Below are positions 12,734 through 23,899 of a DNA stretch of 64,000 nucleotides, in pieces. A model generated the notes under the pieces. The model saw only the letters and a program-made list of their open reading frames with translations. It was not told where the DNA came from and searched no databases. Origin of the DNA: Nageia nagi (Eukaryota > Plantae > Pinophyta); contig JBITNC010000001.1 in the NCBI GenBank assembly GCA_050084985.1, positions 152,954,001 through 153,018,000 of the forward strand, given 5' to 3'. The position numbers were made by a program, and so were the translations under genes. Numbering within the stretch: the stretch's first letter is position 1; each line of letters opens with the position of its first letter.

Positions 12734-14389
12734 AATAAATCAAGTTTATTTTGTCTATAAAATATACAAAGAATGCATGACAAGTTATACATACCTTTGA
12801 CAATAGTGTTTGATAAAAAATATTGATCTGATAAAGAGTATAATATTCGAATAGAACAACGGTGAGAGTGTAATGATTAGAAATTATTTAGCAGGATGAA
12901 TAATAAACAACAACATCAACTCATTAATGAATTTGGAAAATAATTTAAAACCTAGAAAAGATAAATTAGGACCATTTGAATGCTTAAAAGAAGATAAATA
13001 TCAAGAACAAAATATAATAGAAGAAGGCATGTTAGGACATATGGAAATAAATTAAAAGAAAATAAATATTATTAAGAAATTGATTCCAAAAAATAAATAT
13101 AACTATAAAAATGTACTTTTTTGGTTGATAGGGATGGTTGGACTATTCCATAGTTGATCATGTGCTCTCTTTGCGTATCATATAAGATAGGATTGTATTT
13201 TACCATTTTAGTTGCATAATAATGTTAGTTGCATTAGTTGTATTTCATGTTGTCATGAATTATTATGTTGTGTGAAATTCTTTTAGTCTTGGAGACTCTA
13301 AAGAAATCAAGAACATAAATATTCCTTTATTCTTGGTAGACTCTAAATAAGTCAAGAAATATAGTTTGATTTTTTATGGGTATTACATCATCATTATTTA
13401 AAGTTACCTCCTTGACCATTTTTGAAGAATTATTGTAAAATATTTATTTTCCATAAATTTGAAAATATTATTTCAATTTTTTTGTAAAAAATATTCATAA
13501 GTGTGAAATAGTAGATAGTCAGGTTGTTGTTAGAAAGGCAAGTCATTTTTTGTAGAAAGATGAAAACATAGACTTGCAAAGAAACATTATCACTCTATAA
13601 GGGTAGGATGTGGAGCATCATTGCTCCATATGGAGTTCTACCACTTCATAAAGTGATAAGTGTAATGGATGGATATCAAAAAATATGCAACTTAAAAAAA
13701 GGAATGATCTAAAAATTCTGTCCTAATCAATAGATATGGTTATTTTAAGTTTCATATTTGGCAAGCATAAATTAGGTCTATTTTAGCCCCTAAATTAGTT
13801 GTTTTTGCTAAAAATTTGATCAAGTCAAATTGTTTTTGTTGAAATTTATTATTCCAACTTTATGATATAAAATGAATGAGCTTAATTGGTTATTTAGAAT
13901 AAAAGTCATGGGTGATGGATGTTGGTAGTTTTTTTTTTTATAATTTCAAATTTGCAAGAATAGTTCAATCATTAATCAAGAGAGTCAGAATGTGAAAAAA
14001 ATGAAAATCAAAGTTTAATACTTTAGGAAAAATTAATGTTTCATGTATGTGAATGTGTTTTGGTGATTGTATCTCATGGTTTCAATGAATTTGAATTTAT
14101 TCTTATTAGGGACCAGCTATTGGAGACCTCTTGATTATCTTTATTTATTGGTTAAATAGGAAAAACCTTCTAGGGTTGGGAGGTGTAGTTTAAAGATTGA
14201 TACTTTAATATTTTTATGAGACGTTACTCTTACTATTTTATAGGAAAATGTATATGAAGGTTTTATTAAATTTAAAGAGAGATTATGATTTCTCTTATAT
14301 TAAGATAACTATGTTTTGATTATTCATATCCTTAGTTTATTCAAATTCAAAAGTTACCTGCAAATTAGAGAAAATATTAAAATTCCAAC

Positions 14390-15260
14390 CTCATTCCAAC
14401 ATGGGTATCTCTACTCGAAATTCATCCACCTTGTTGGAACCCATATGTTATAGCTGAAATTGCAAAAGCAATTGGATCCCTTATCACAATTGAGCGATCA
14501 ACAATATTAAATTTTAAGTTTATAGATGCAAGATTTGTGGTTAATTTAGATATTTGTAAACCTATAATGAATGAGATAAAATTAAAAATAGAGGATGCAA
14601 GAGAATGGATGTAACCAATTGTATATAAAAATCTACTAGTACAATATGGAATTTGTAAGAGTTATAAGGACTATGCAAAGGATTGCTCAGAAAAAAAGAT
14701 GAGAGATGAAGAAAGAAGAGAAAAAGAAAAAAATTAAAAGGAGTCTCGAGATAAAAAGAAAGAGCACGACTAGAAATCTATTTATAATTTTTTTTTTTTT
14801 TAAAAGAAAAAATTAGAAGAATACAACCAAAATGCAAATAAAATGAATCACGTTAAAAAAATAGTCAATTTTAAAAGAAGTCCACTGGAAGAAATCAACC
14901 ACAACAAACCCTTATGTAGTGCTATCAATTTTAGAGGGAATGGATAGAGAGAAGCAACAATTTATAATACAAATGTTTCAAAAGATGAGATAATAAATAT
15001 GAAAGTTGTGGAAGGGAAAGCTAGAGAAATAATAAGAAGGGTGATAGAAAAAGCAAGGAATGCAGATAGTCAAGCAACAACAACACAACAAGAAGAAGGC
15101 CAAGTTGGAATCCCATCAAGAAAATATACTAAAATCTAGAAAAATAGCAAATATTGGATAAACACATGTAGGGAGACCATCACTAGGAGATAGTAGAGAG
15201 AAACTCATTAAACATGATATAGCAAATGGAAAGCAATTAACTCTACATCAAATCAACAAA
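14390..15260 (+). pseudogene. LINE (L1-like) ORF1 remnant (DUF4283-associated region plus zinc knuckle)
   Basis: Translation LIPTWVSLLEIHPPCWNPYVIAEIAKAIGSLITIERST...DARFVVNLDICKPIMNEIKL...M*PIVYKNLLVQYGICKSYKDYAKDC matches the plant L1 ORF1 pattern PxWV.L...IG..I.VD..T...AR..V..D..KPL...Q.V.YE.LP..C..C...GH...C. Confidence 0.75.
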
Positions 15261-16021
15261 TCTCAGCCCACCTTTGGGTTGAACAAAGGATTTCTTGATT
15301 AGAATATTTTAGCATTAAAGAGGTAGTCGGGTTGTATCTCAGTTGTGATTTAGATGTATTTTGACTATAGTTTGATGATTTTCTATTAATAAAATTTTTA
15401 TAGTAGTTTGCATTAGGGCTACCAATAGGTTATAGTTGGGTAGCATTAGAATTTCTTTTGTTAATAGTTTTTTTGCAAATTTTATTAGCTACCATTAGGT
15501 ATAGCTGGGTAATGATTTACTATTTTGAATACCATTTTGTGATCAATTTTTTTGAGGTTCAAACAAAACTCCTCACCATTTTTGATAATATAATTTACCT
15601 TTATTATCAAAATATTAATATTAGTAATTAATCTAAATAAATGAAATTTATATAAATTTATGTTACTTAACAAATAAATTAATGTTAGAACATAATGTAC
15701 CTAGGTAACTAAATTAATTCAAACCTATTTCTAATACCCAAAGTATCTACTCCTTAGTCTGAACTCTAGAAAGGGAGTTAAGTGAGAAATAAGGGAGTGA
15801 GAATTAATGGTTTTTATATGTTAAAAGAGTGGATAGAAGTGAGGAATATTAGGCACCATGCTTGGGGAGTAAAAACAAAACTTCTTTCCTACCATCCACG
15901 TGTGTTTTTATCCCTTAATTCCTGTTTAATGGAGTTAAAAACAAATTTCTACCATTCAACGGGAGTGGTTGGTAGTTTTTTCATGTGAAATTATTTTGGT
16001 GGAGTTGGTGGTAAGGGATAA

Positions 16022-17018
16022 AAAAGCACGATGGATGTTTGGATAAGGCACAAAAATTGTTTGAGAGGATGTATAACACTGACATAGTTTTAGAGACTAA
16101 AATGGTTGTAGGATATGCATAAAATGGATACGGTGAAAGGGTTTGTGAATTGCTAAACAGAATGCCTCCTCGAAATGCAGTCTCCTGTACTTCAATGACC
16201 ACTGGAAATGCACAAAATGGAGTTTTTGAAAAGGTTCTAGAGATATTTAATGAGAAGCAATTATTGGGATGTAAAGCCAGACTCTACAACCGTTTCCAGT
16301 ATTCCTTTGCAAGCACCTTCGTGAAAGCTATAATTAAAAATCATTTTGCCTCAAATGTTATGGTTGTGAGTGGCCTGATAGACATGTACACAAAATATGA
16401 AAGCATAGAGGAGGCACAAGAATTGTTTTTCAAGATACCTCATGAGACAAAATCTTATGGACTGCAATGCTTATAAGGAACACACAGAATGAGTTTTCTG
16501 AAGGGTTCTAGAGACTCTTAAGTGGATGCAATTATCACTAGTAGATTGTATGCAAAAAGATGAGAGCGCATAGAAGGTGCCACCATGAGAGATCAATGAG
16601 ACGATTCTATGAAGGACTCAGGATTAAATAAAGCAAGCGTTGTAACCTTTACCAATAATCTTCCAATGTGTGCCACCGTGGGAACTCCAGAAGAGGTGAT
16701 GGACATCCGCCAAGGAGATAGTCCGAAAATAAAACATCTGTTACGTGATGTGAAGGTAGAATGGATTATCCAAATACAATACCTACGTTGCATGACGTGA
16801 AGGCAGAATGGCTTATCCAAATACAATACCTGTGTTACGTGATGTGAAGATAGAACAACTTATCCAAAACTAACACCTATATTACATGACATGGAGGCAA
16901 AAAGGATATACCATATATAATACCCGTGTTGTGTGACATACAGGCAAGGAGGGTAACTAGTGTGTTGTACGATGTGGATGCTGAAGATAAAGAATTGCTT
17001 CGTAATTAGCATAATGAG
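16022..17018 (+). pseudogene. PLS-class pentatricopeptide repeat (PPR-DYW) gene fragments, rearranged
   Basis: GCLDKAQKLFERM..D.V...MVVGYA*NG; RMPPRNAVSCTSMTTGNAQNGVFEKVLEIFNE; VKPDSTT; NVMVVSGLIDMYTKYESIEEAQELF; TFTNNLPMCATVGTPEEVMDIRQ; DYW start VLYDVDAEDKELL..*HNE. Contains stops, frameshifts and internal deletions. Confidence 0.85.
16736..16950 (+). repeat. 47-bp tandem repeat (~4.5 copies) derived from the start of a DYW domain
   Basis: Units start at 16736, 16783, 16830, 16877 and 16924 (e.g. ctacgttgcatgacgtgaaggcagaatggcttatccaaatacaatac) and encode PNTIP(V/T)L(R/H)DVKAE. Confidence 0.85.
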
Positions 17019-17422
17019 GCTGGTGATTAACCTCTTGATCGAATTAAAGATGAGGATACAGGGTTTAAATTTGACGGGCTACCCTGCCTGTCATTAAATT
17101 TTTGAATGACGGTTTGCTCTGCAATTTTAACTATCAATATAATATTTTATACTTCTATATATATGTAAATAAATATTTGATCTGTTAATTAATATAGTAT
17201 ATATATAAATTCTGACAGGTAAAAATGGCATTTAAAGTGCATTGATGATGGTTATTTTGAAAACTATTTTCTAAAACGGTTTTCAAATTTTTAAATTGTG
17301 GGGATGTGTGATAGAATAGATAATGGATTCCCAATCTTCACTTGGCGATGCTAATATTCTAGTAAGGTCTCCTTGCTCCTACACTGGTTAAATATTTTTT
17401 TAGTTTATGTTAATGTACATAT

Positions 17423-17484
17423 GTGGGTTGAGTTGGTTACATGGGACCTTGCTATTTCTTGAGTCCCTTGTTCAATTCCTACCA
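17423..17484 (+). other. Degenerate tRNA-like (Pol III A/B box) segment, possible SINE head
   Basis: A-box-like gggttgagttgg and B-box-like tgttcaattcc at tRNA-like spacing, with a gggac...gtccc stem. No intact cloverleaf. Confidence 0.3.
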
Positions 17485-20482
17485 ACTATGATATATATTG
17501 TACTCCCTATACAATTTTCCCATAGACAGCTCTTGGTCTCCCATGGACATTAATAAACTTTCTTCTTTCTTTCTTCTATATGCAAACACATCCTATACTA
17601 GTTATTTAAATTAAAGATTGAAAACATCTAATAAGAAACCCTTTAATGAAGAAAATAAATTAGCAATCTTAAAAAAATTAAACTTATTTATATTCCAATA
17701 ATAGTATATATGTTACTATTGAGTTTTTAATCAATGGATATTGATAATAATATTTATGATCTGATCTTTAAATATTATTAAGGTTGACGTATGTGACCAC
17801 CCTCTCTTAAATATCTAAAAATTGATAAATTTCCTTATTTTAAGATACCTTTATTATTATTATGTTGAATTAAATGGAAATAAAAACCATTTTCAATAAG
17901 TTATCCTTTGTTAGTGATAAATAAAGGTATTAGGGATTTTTGTTTTAACTTTTAAAGGGTAGAGTGAGAATAGATTAAGAAGACTTCAAATGAAATTTCA
18001 ATAGATATAAGTAGTGAACATATTACTTATGAAAAGAGGGTGTGTTTATATATATACCTTTGAATTTTGGGATATCTCTTTACATGATCCATTGAAGAAA
18101 TATTTAAGCACTGATGACTACTTTGAGATATGTTATGAGTACCTTGCTGATTAAAATAGATGCTATAATAGCATGTTATGTGGTCATATATAGGATTGTA
18201 TGTGGATTTGTGAGGTTTGTTATTTATCTTTTTGCTTATGGATTTGTAAATATCTCATCCTTAATGTGGAAACATAATAAATTAGATACATGTTTCAAAA
18301 ATTTCTTTAGGTGCTACCATGATTGAGTAAACCTACATTGTAGTGTATGTTTACTAATACTTATGCATATAATGCAATCTATAGTAAAGTACTAGTTGAT
18401 AGTAATCCTATCATCATTATTAGCTAATTATCTACCATATTGTTATATGATATAAAATATTAGCATTTTGGGAAAAACTTCATGGTATGTTTAAAAATGA
18501 AAAAGTAACTAGTGCTTAAAGTGTATTTTTGAAAGATGAATTCATGGTGTTATGTGATACATTAGGAAATGAGTTTATGATTCTTATATGAATAGAATAG
18601 TTGGAATACTATTGTAAGTAAGTGGTTTGCATAGGGATTTATGAATAGTTGAGTCCACATTTATAGAAGAACCAATTGGATGGTTAAGATGTACCAAGTT
18701 GAAAGTGTGTCAAGTTGGCCTATTAGTTGTATCGAATTGTTGAAAGATATAGATGTTACCAAATATTATATACAAGATAATAAAAGATTATTAGGTATAA
18801 ATAGCTACTAAGGATTTACTTGGCATGGAAAAACTTAGGGTTTTTCTTGAGCATTAGCTCAAATCTTATGTTATGTGGAATGCTTTGGGATGGACTATTG
18901 CTCATGATTTCTTATGTAATATTCTCAAAGATGTTCTAACTAAGTTAATTCATTTGATTTATATGATAAAGGTAAATGAAATATAGTAATGCATCAAAGT
19001 TAATATTGTGAATATATGAACATGTTTCTTGATGCAATTAATTATAGAAGTTTGATTTAAGTTGAATGGACTAATTGCTATAAAGCAATATTTAAAATTA
19101 AAGTAAAGAAACTCTTGAAGAGCTTTATGTTCATTTTAGAGAACATTAAAAAGCATTAAACATAAGAATTGAAATCATGTGATTGTCATTCAATTTGTAA
19201 GAGATAAAGGTAAAATGTGATAATCTTGAAGTTATAAAAGGTGTATTGATATAACTGGTAACAATTTTACTTTGTGAGATAATTGTTGATTCAGTTTTAC
19301 AATATTAAATAATTACTTCTTAATAACTTGAAATAACAAGCGTAACATGAAGACTCAATATGATTGTGTTGAATTTATGGATTTCAAGTATGCAACTCAC
19401 CTAAATTTATGTACTAAAAATAATTGTGAGTTTTAGAGTGAGATAGATTGGTATCCTACAATTCTTAGGTTTAACAAAAAGTTATCAAAAAATTATTGTA
19501 AAGTTTAAAAATATGCAAAAGGTTATGATATTAGATTCCAAACTTCAAGTAAGTTGATAATAAGGTATAAATGAATGTCTCAGCCCTCTCTATCATGTTT
19601 TTAAGATAATTTAAGATATTTTGGAAGAAATCATGGAAATAGAAAAAATTTCAAGTTTGTTGTCAATGAAGAAAATTATCAATTTGTAAGTTGTATTGAA
19701 TTAGCCATGTCATGAGTTTTGATATATATGATGAATTGAGAATATTTTGAGTTTTATGAGCTTAAGGATGTGATGAATTTGGTATAACATGAGTTTATTT
19801 CTTTTCAATATGAATTAATGTGAGATATTTTCATATTGCCTGCATATGTAAGTTGGGGGTAGTTAGATGATAAATTTTGGTAGTTTTCAATTAGGATTAG
19901 AGGCATGCTGAACACTAATTTGGGTTGGTTAGATTCAATGTTAGATGTTTCATAATTATATGGTATAAGTTCAATTTGTAATTTTATTAACAATTTAGAT
20001 TTGTAGTAAGATTTCAATATGTAAGAGTTTACCTAAGGTAACGGGCAAGTTTAGAGAATATTTTATGAAAAACTCTAGGCATCAACAATTAGAGTTAGAT
20101 AAAAATTATTTTACATGATCAATATAGATTTTGTGTTGTTTATCTTAGAAAGGCATAATGTTCAATTTTTGGGTAATTTTTATGAAGATTATCAGGAAGC
20201 GTTGCTTGACATAGGATGGAATTTGAATTTCAAATGTTTGGCATAGTGTGATGAATTCAATTCAGTTTCTTTAGAAAATCCTTTGTACTTGGGGAATCAA
20301 AATAAGTCAATCCAAAAAGGTTAAATCTATATCTTTTAATCTTCATGATGTTTAATGAATTTATAGCCTTAATGATATTATCATGATATCTTATGATTAT
20401 GGTTTAAGATTTGATGATTCTTGAATACTTTGAGATTTGATAGTGTAATGATGTTATGATTTAAATTATGATATGCTAAAAG

Positions 20483-20623
20483 TAAGCCCTCTTAAGTGTG
20501 GCAACATATTTGATATTTATATTACTTTGAGATAAGTCCTCTTAAGTGGAGCAACATGTTTGATATTGATATTACTTTGAGATAAGTCCTCTTAAGTGGG
20601 GCAACATGTTTGATATTGATATT
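20483..20623 (+). repeat. 50-bp tandem repeat, ~2.8 copies
   Basis: Unit taagtcctcttaagtggrgcaacatgtttgatattgatattactttgaga at 20483, 20533 and 20583. A diverged copy lies at ~38660-38710. Confidence 0.9.
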
Positions 20624-20937
20624 GGCTTTTGCTTTAATATATTATGATAATTTTAGAAATGTGTGATATAGGCTGAGCTTGATACGATGTATCTAATATT
20701 TTGTTTCAAAAAAATGATGTTATTTAGTTATTATAATTTACTAGAAAACCTTGTAGATATGTTTTTTTGTCATGTTTCAAGTGATGTTGCTTCAATATAT
20801 GTGATTTGAGTGATGACACTCCATTTGTAAAAATTTTGAAATTCCATGATCTTTATCAAACTATTTATGATGATATTTACTATTCATCCTTATCATTGTC
20901 AAAAATGTAAGTGTAGGTAATGTTGACTTGTTCTTTA

Positions 20938-21849
20938 TGTAGATGTCTAAAAATGACCCTCATTTAAAACTAAATGAAAGAAAAAAAAGGCTTAAAATGT
21001 GTATAAACATAAAAGTCTAACTTAATATAAAATCTCAATGATTGTATACCAATCATCGATGATCAAACTAAATCATTAGTGCTTGAGAGGAATCATTGAT
21101 TATTATGAAATAAGAAATATTAAAAAAGGAAAGTGAGATATGAAGCTCATCTCTTCCTCAAATTTTGGATAGGAAGAAGAGTCATCAATCTTGATAGGAA
21201 TTGGCTAACTTCCTTAACCTATTCTGAGTTATTGATGAGCCTTGACCTATAGTATTCTTAAGTTACAAACTTAGAAAAATCTAAATCTATATAACTAATG
21301 CACATAATACACATAAGGACCCTAAATTCCAAAGTAAATTTATTTTTTTCAATTTGTTCTAAGAATTGTTGTAATCTCATTTACTTTTTTGAACATTATT
21401 TACTTGTGTTCATGTTTTAATGCTTAATTATTATGAATGCAAGTATGTTTCATGTGTTTGTTTCTTAGCATGTGTGTAGGGTCCATAGATGTTAAGTTGT
21501 AATAGAGTGGAGATAAAGTTGATAAATATTAGAGAGGAGTCAAAATGATGTGAAAAACATCAAAAGGATTAAAGTTCAATCCAAGTTGTAGAAATACCAA
21601 TGTTTGTAGTATAGGTGCTAGGGATCTAGATAGATCACTAATAATTACCAGGGGTCAATGGTTATCCATTCATTTTTCCAAGAGAGGGATATATCTTTTA
21701 TAACATTGTAAAACAAGCCCTTTATAACAAGGTATTGGATCTCATGATCCACATTGTAATATCAAGGTTACCTAAAAAGTAATAAAATATACATTGGTAT
21801 TAAATATTTATTTATCTTGTCTACGTATAAGTTGCTTTTTCGGATAACA
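20938..21849 (+). repeat. Ogre-type element 5' LTR
   Basis: Starts tgtagatgtctaaaaatg and ends cggataaca. Colinear with the 3' copy from ~21045. Confidence 0.85.
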
Positions 21850-23899
21850 TTTTACCTCTAAAAGGAGGGTCTTGCATACAAATACCATTAAAATTCATAT
21901 GCAAGGGGTTGTTTTTTTAAGTTATTACAATTTATTTTCTATTGTATTTTATGGTTTGCAACATTTTGATTTTGTTCTATTATTTTATGTATTTTCAAGA
22001 GTTTATAGAATCACCAACAATTTGATATCAAGTGTTAATGATTTGGATAAAATGCTAGCAACTCAATGAGAACACTAATGATTCTAAGAAAGAGGTAACA
22101 TGTCTATCTTTCATTAATACAATAAGAGTAATGTAGGTATTAAACTTGAAAATGGAAAAGAATTTTTTGTCTATGATCTCTCAGCTTAGAGTGCATATAG
22201 GAATGGGTAGAATAAATTATAGCATGCATTTAATTATGAGTAGTTAAAGTTTAATTCACTTTTATTCTTTTGTATTTTTAGGTTAGGGTTCATTTTATTA
22301 CACTTAAAACATCCTTTACCTTGCTCATTTATGCTCTCCCTTTATGCTTTCATGCAATCTTAGTTGATTAGAATGAATTTGATAAGGAGGAGGTAAATGA
22401 ATGCTTTTATCTTTACACTATCATTAATCTGGTCAATCAATATACATTAAGATATTTCCATCATTTGGAAGGAGTTAACAAATTCTCATTCAGATTGGAA
22501 TATAACTTAAGGATAATGAAATGGGTGTAAGGTAGTTAGTATATTAAAATTAAATGAATATGGAGGGATTTGCTTTCATACTTGATACTTTCATTCAATG
22601 AGTAGGCTTTTCCTTTTGCACCATTGGTGATCTTAAGCACTCTAAAAGAGTTGAATGAAAGAGAGAATTGACTCACTTTGTTTTGGAATTTACTTCACAT
22701 TAATACTCTTAGAAGTATGCCCTTACCACTCCATAATGAGATCAAAGGTTGATGTGACTCTAAGAGGGGTAAAAAGCTTCATTTAATAAAATCTACATAC
22801 ACTTAAAGACTTCCTACTTGTCTTCCCTTACCACTCCATAAGGAGGTTGAAGGTTGATGTGACTAGCAACAAGAGGTAATTTATCTCACCTAAATACTTC
22901 CATAGCTAAAAGGAGTTAATTAAATTCACATAATTTAGTTAATGCATTTTGTTTAATTTAAAAAAAAACTATAGGGTATTTTAAGAACAAGATTCATCTA
23001 ATTAATATTTTGTTTGTATCAAATTAAAGAAAAGATAAATAAATGGATATGTATGATTAGGAAGGTTAAAGTTGCATATTCATTTGTATTTTGTTATTAG
23101 ATGCATGTTCATGAGACCTTTTTAAAATGAACATAAATGAGTTGGAATTAAATACCAACCATTTATTCTTATATTTTGTATCCATAAATTGAAATCATAA
23201 GCCTTAGAGCCAAAACCTAGAGATGAATACTAGGTTCATAGCATAAAAGTCATCAGTTCCTACTAGATAAGTATAAAAATGAGACTACACTTGGATTTAA
23301 TCATCATGGTGGATCTTAGAGGCATTTTTTGAGCCCCATTGCACTAAGGGAACCACTTTGTTTACCAAGCTGTGACTTCACCTTAGACATCTTTTTATGA
23401 TAACCAACCTACCCTCTTGAACACTTGATTAGAAAACAAAACTAGGAAAACTAAGAAAATTAAAAATAAATTAAATCATATTTTAGACATAAATAATATT
23501 AATTAAACTCATTCAAATTTTAATAAAGATAAACATATTGAAGATAAAAGGGTACATGTAGGATGTTTGTGCATAGTTGTTTTCTTGTAAACATAAAAAA
23601 CATTAAAAATATGGGTTTATTATGTTGTACATTTTTTATAAGATATAGTTGAAAATGAAATAATGGTCCAAACTCATTCATAAAAGGCACAATAAGAATG
23701 AGAGTTCCAAACTCCAATTAATGTAGGTGAAGGTACTAGAGTGTGACTTAGTAGGATTCCCTCACAATAATTAACACCTTGAGAACAAATTCTTGAACCT
23801 TTACTTTGAGAGTTCTATCTTGAAGATTTGATACAAAATATTGAACCAATGTTAGAAGAATCTCTTGAAGAATTAGATGATTATCAATATATAGGAGAA

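Larger units (their letters stand above)
15746..17362 (+). mobile_element. Putative non-autonomous Helitron carrying PPR gene fragments
   Basis: 5' end A|TCTACTCC and 3' end CTAG|T (17359-17362), so the insertion sits between A and T. An imperfect subterminal hairpin (ggattcccaat 17325-17335 / cttggcgatgc 17341-17351) ends 7 nt before CTAG. The boundaries bracket the only CpG-rich island in the window. Confidence 0.55.

Noticed and set aside
15827-15900. Resemblance of tctttcctaccatccac and gtggatagaagtgagg to known conifer miRNA families
   Set aside because: The similarity is partial and recalled from memory; no family can be assigned without a miRBase search.
16150-16800. PPR ORFs as a functional gene
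   Set aside because: In-frame stops, frameshifts, missing motif halves and no E domain or complete DYW domain.
16736-16950. 47-bp array considered as a CRISPR array or a coding repeat
   Set aside because: There are no unique spacers, and the unit length is not a multiple of 3. It derives from PPR-DYW sequence.
17063-17112. Small hairpins (ttgacgggc/gcctgtca; ctgtcatt/aatgacgg) as terminator or Helitron end
   Set aside because: Not followed by CTRR at the expected distance; the better 3' terminus is at 17325-17362.
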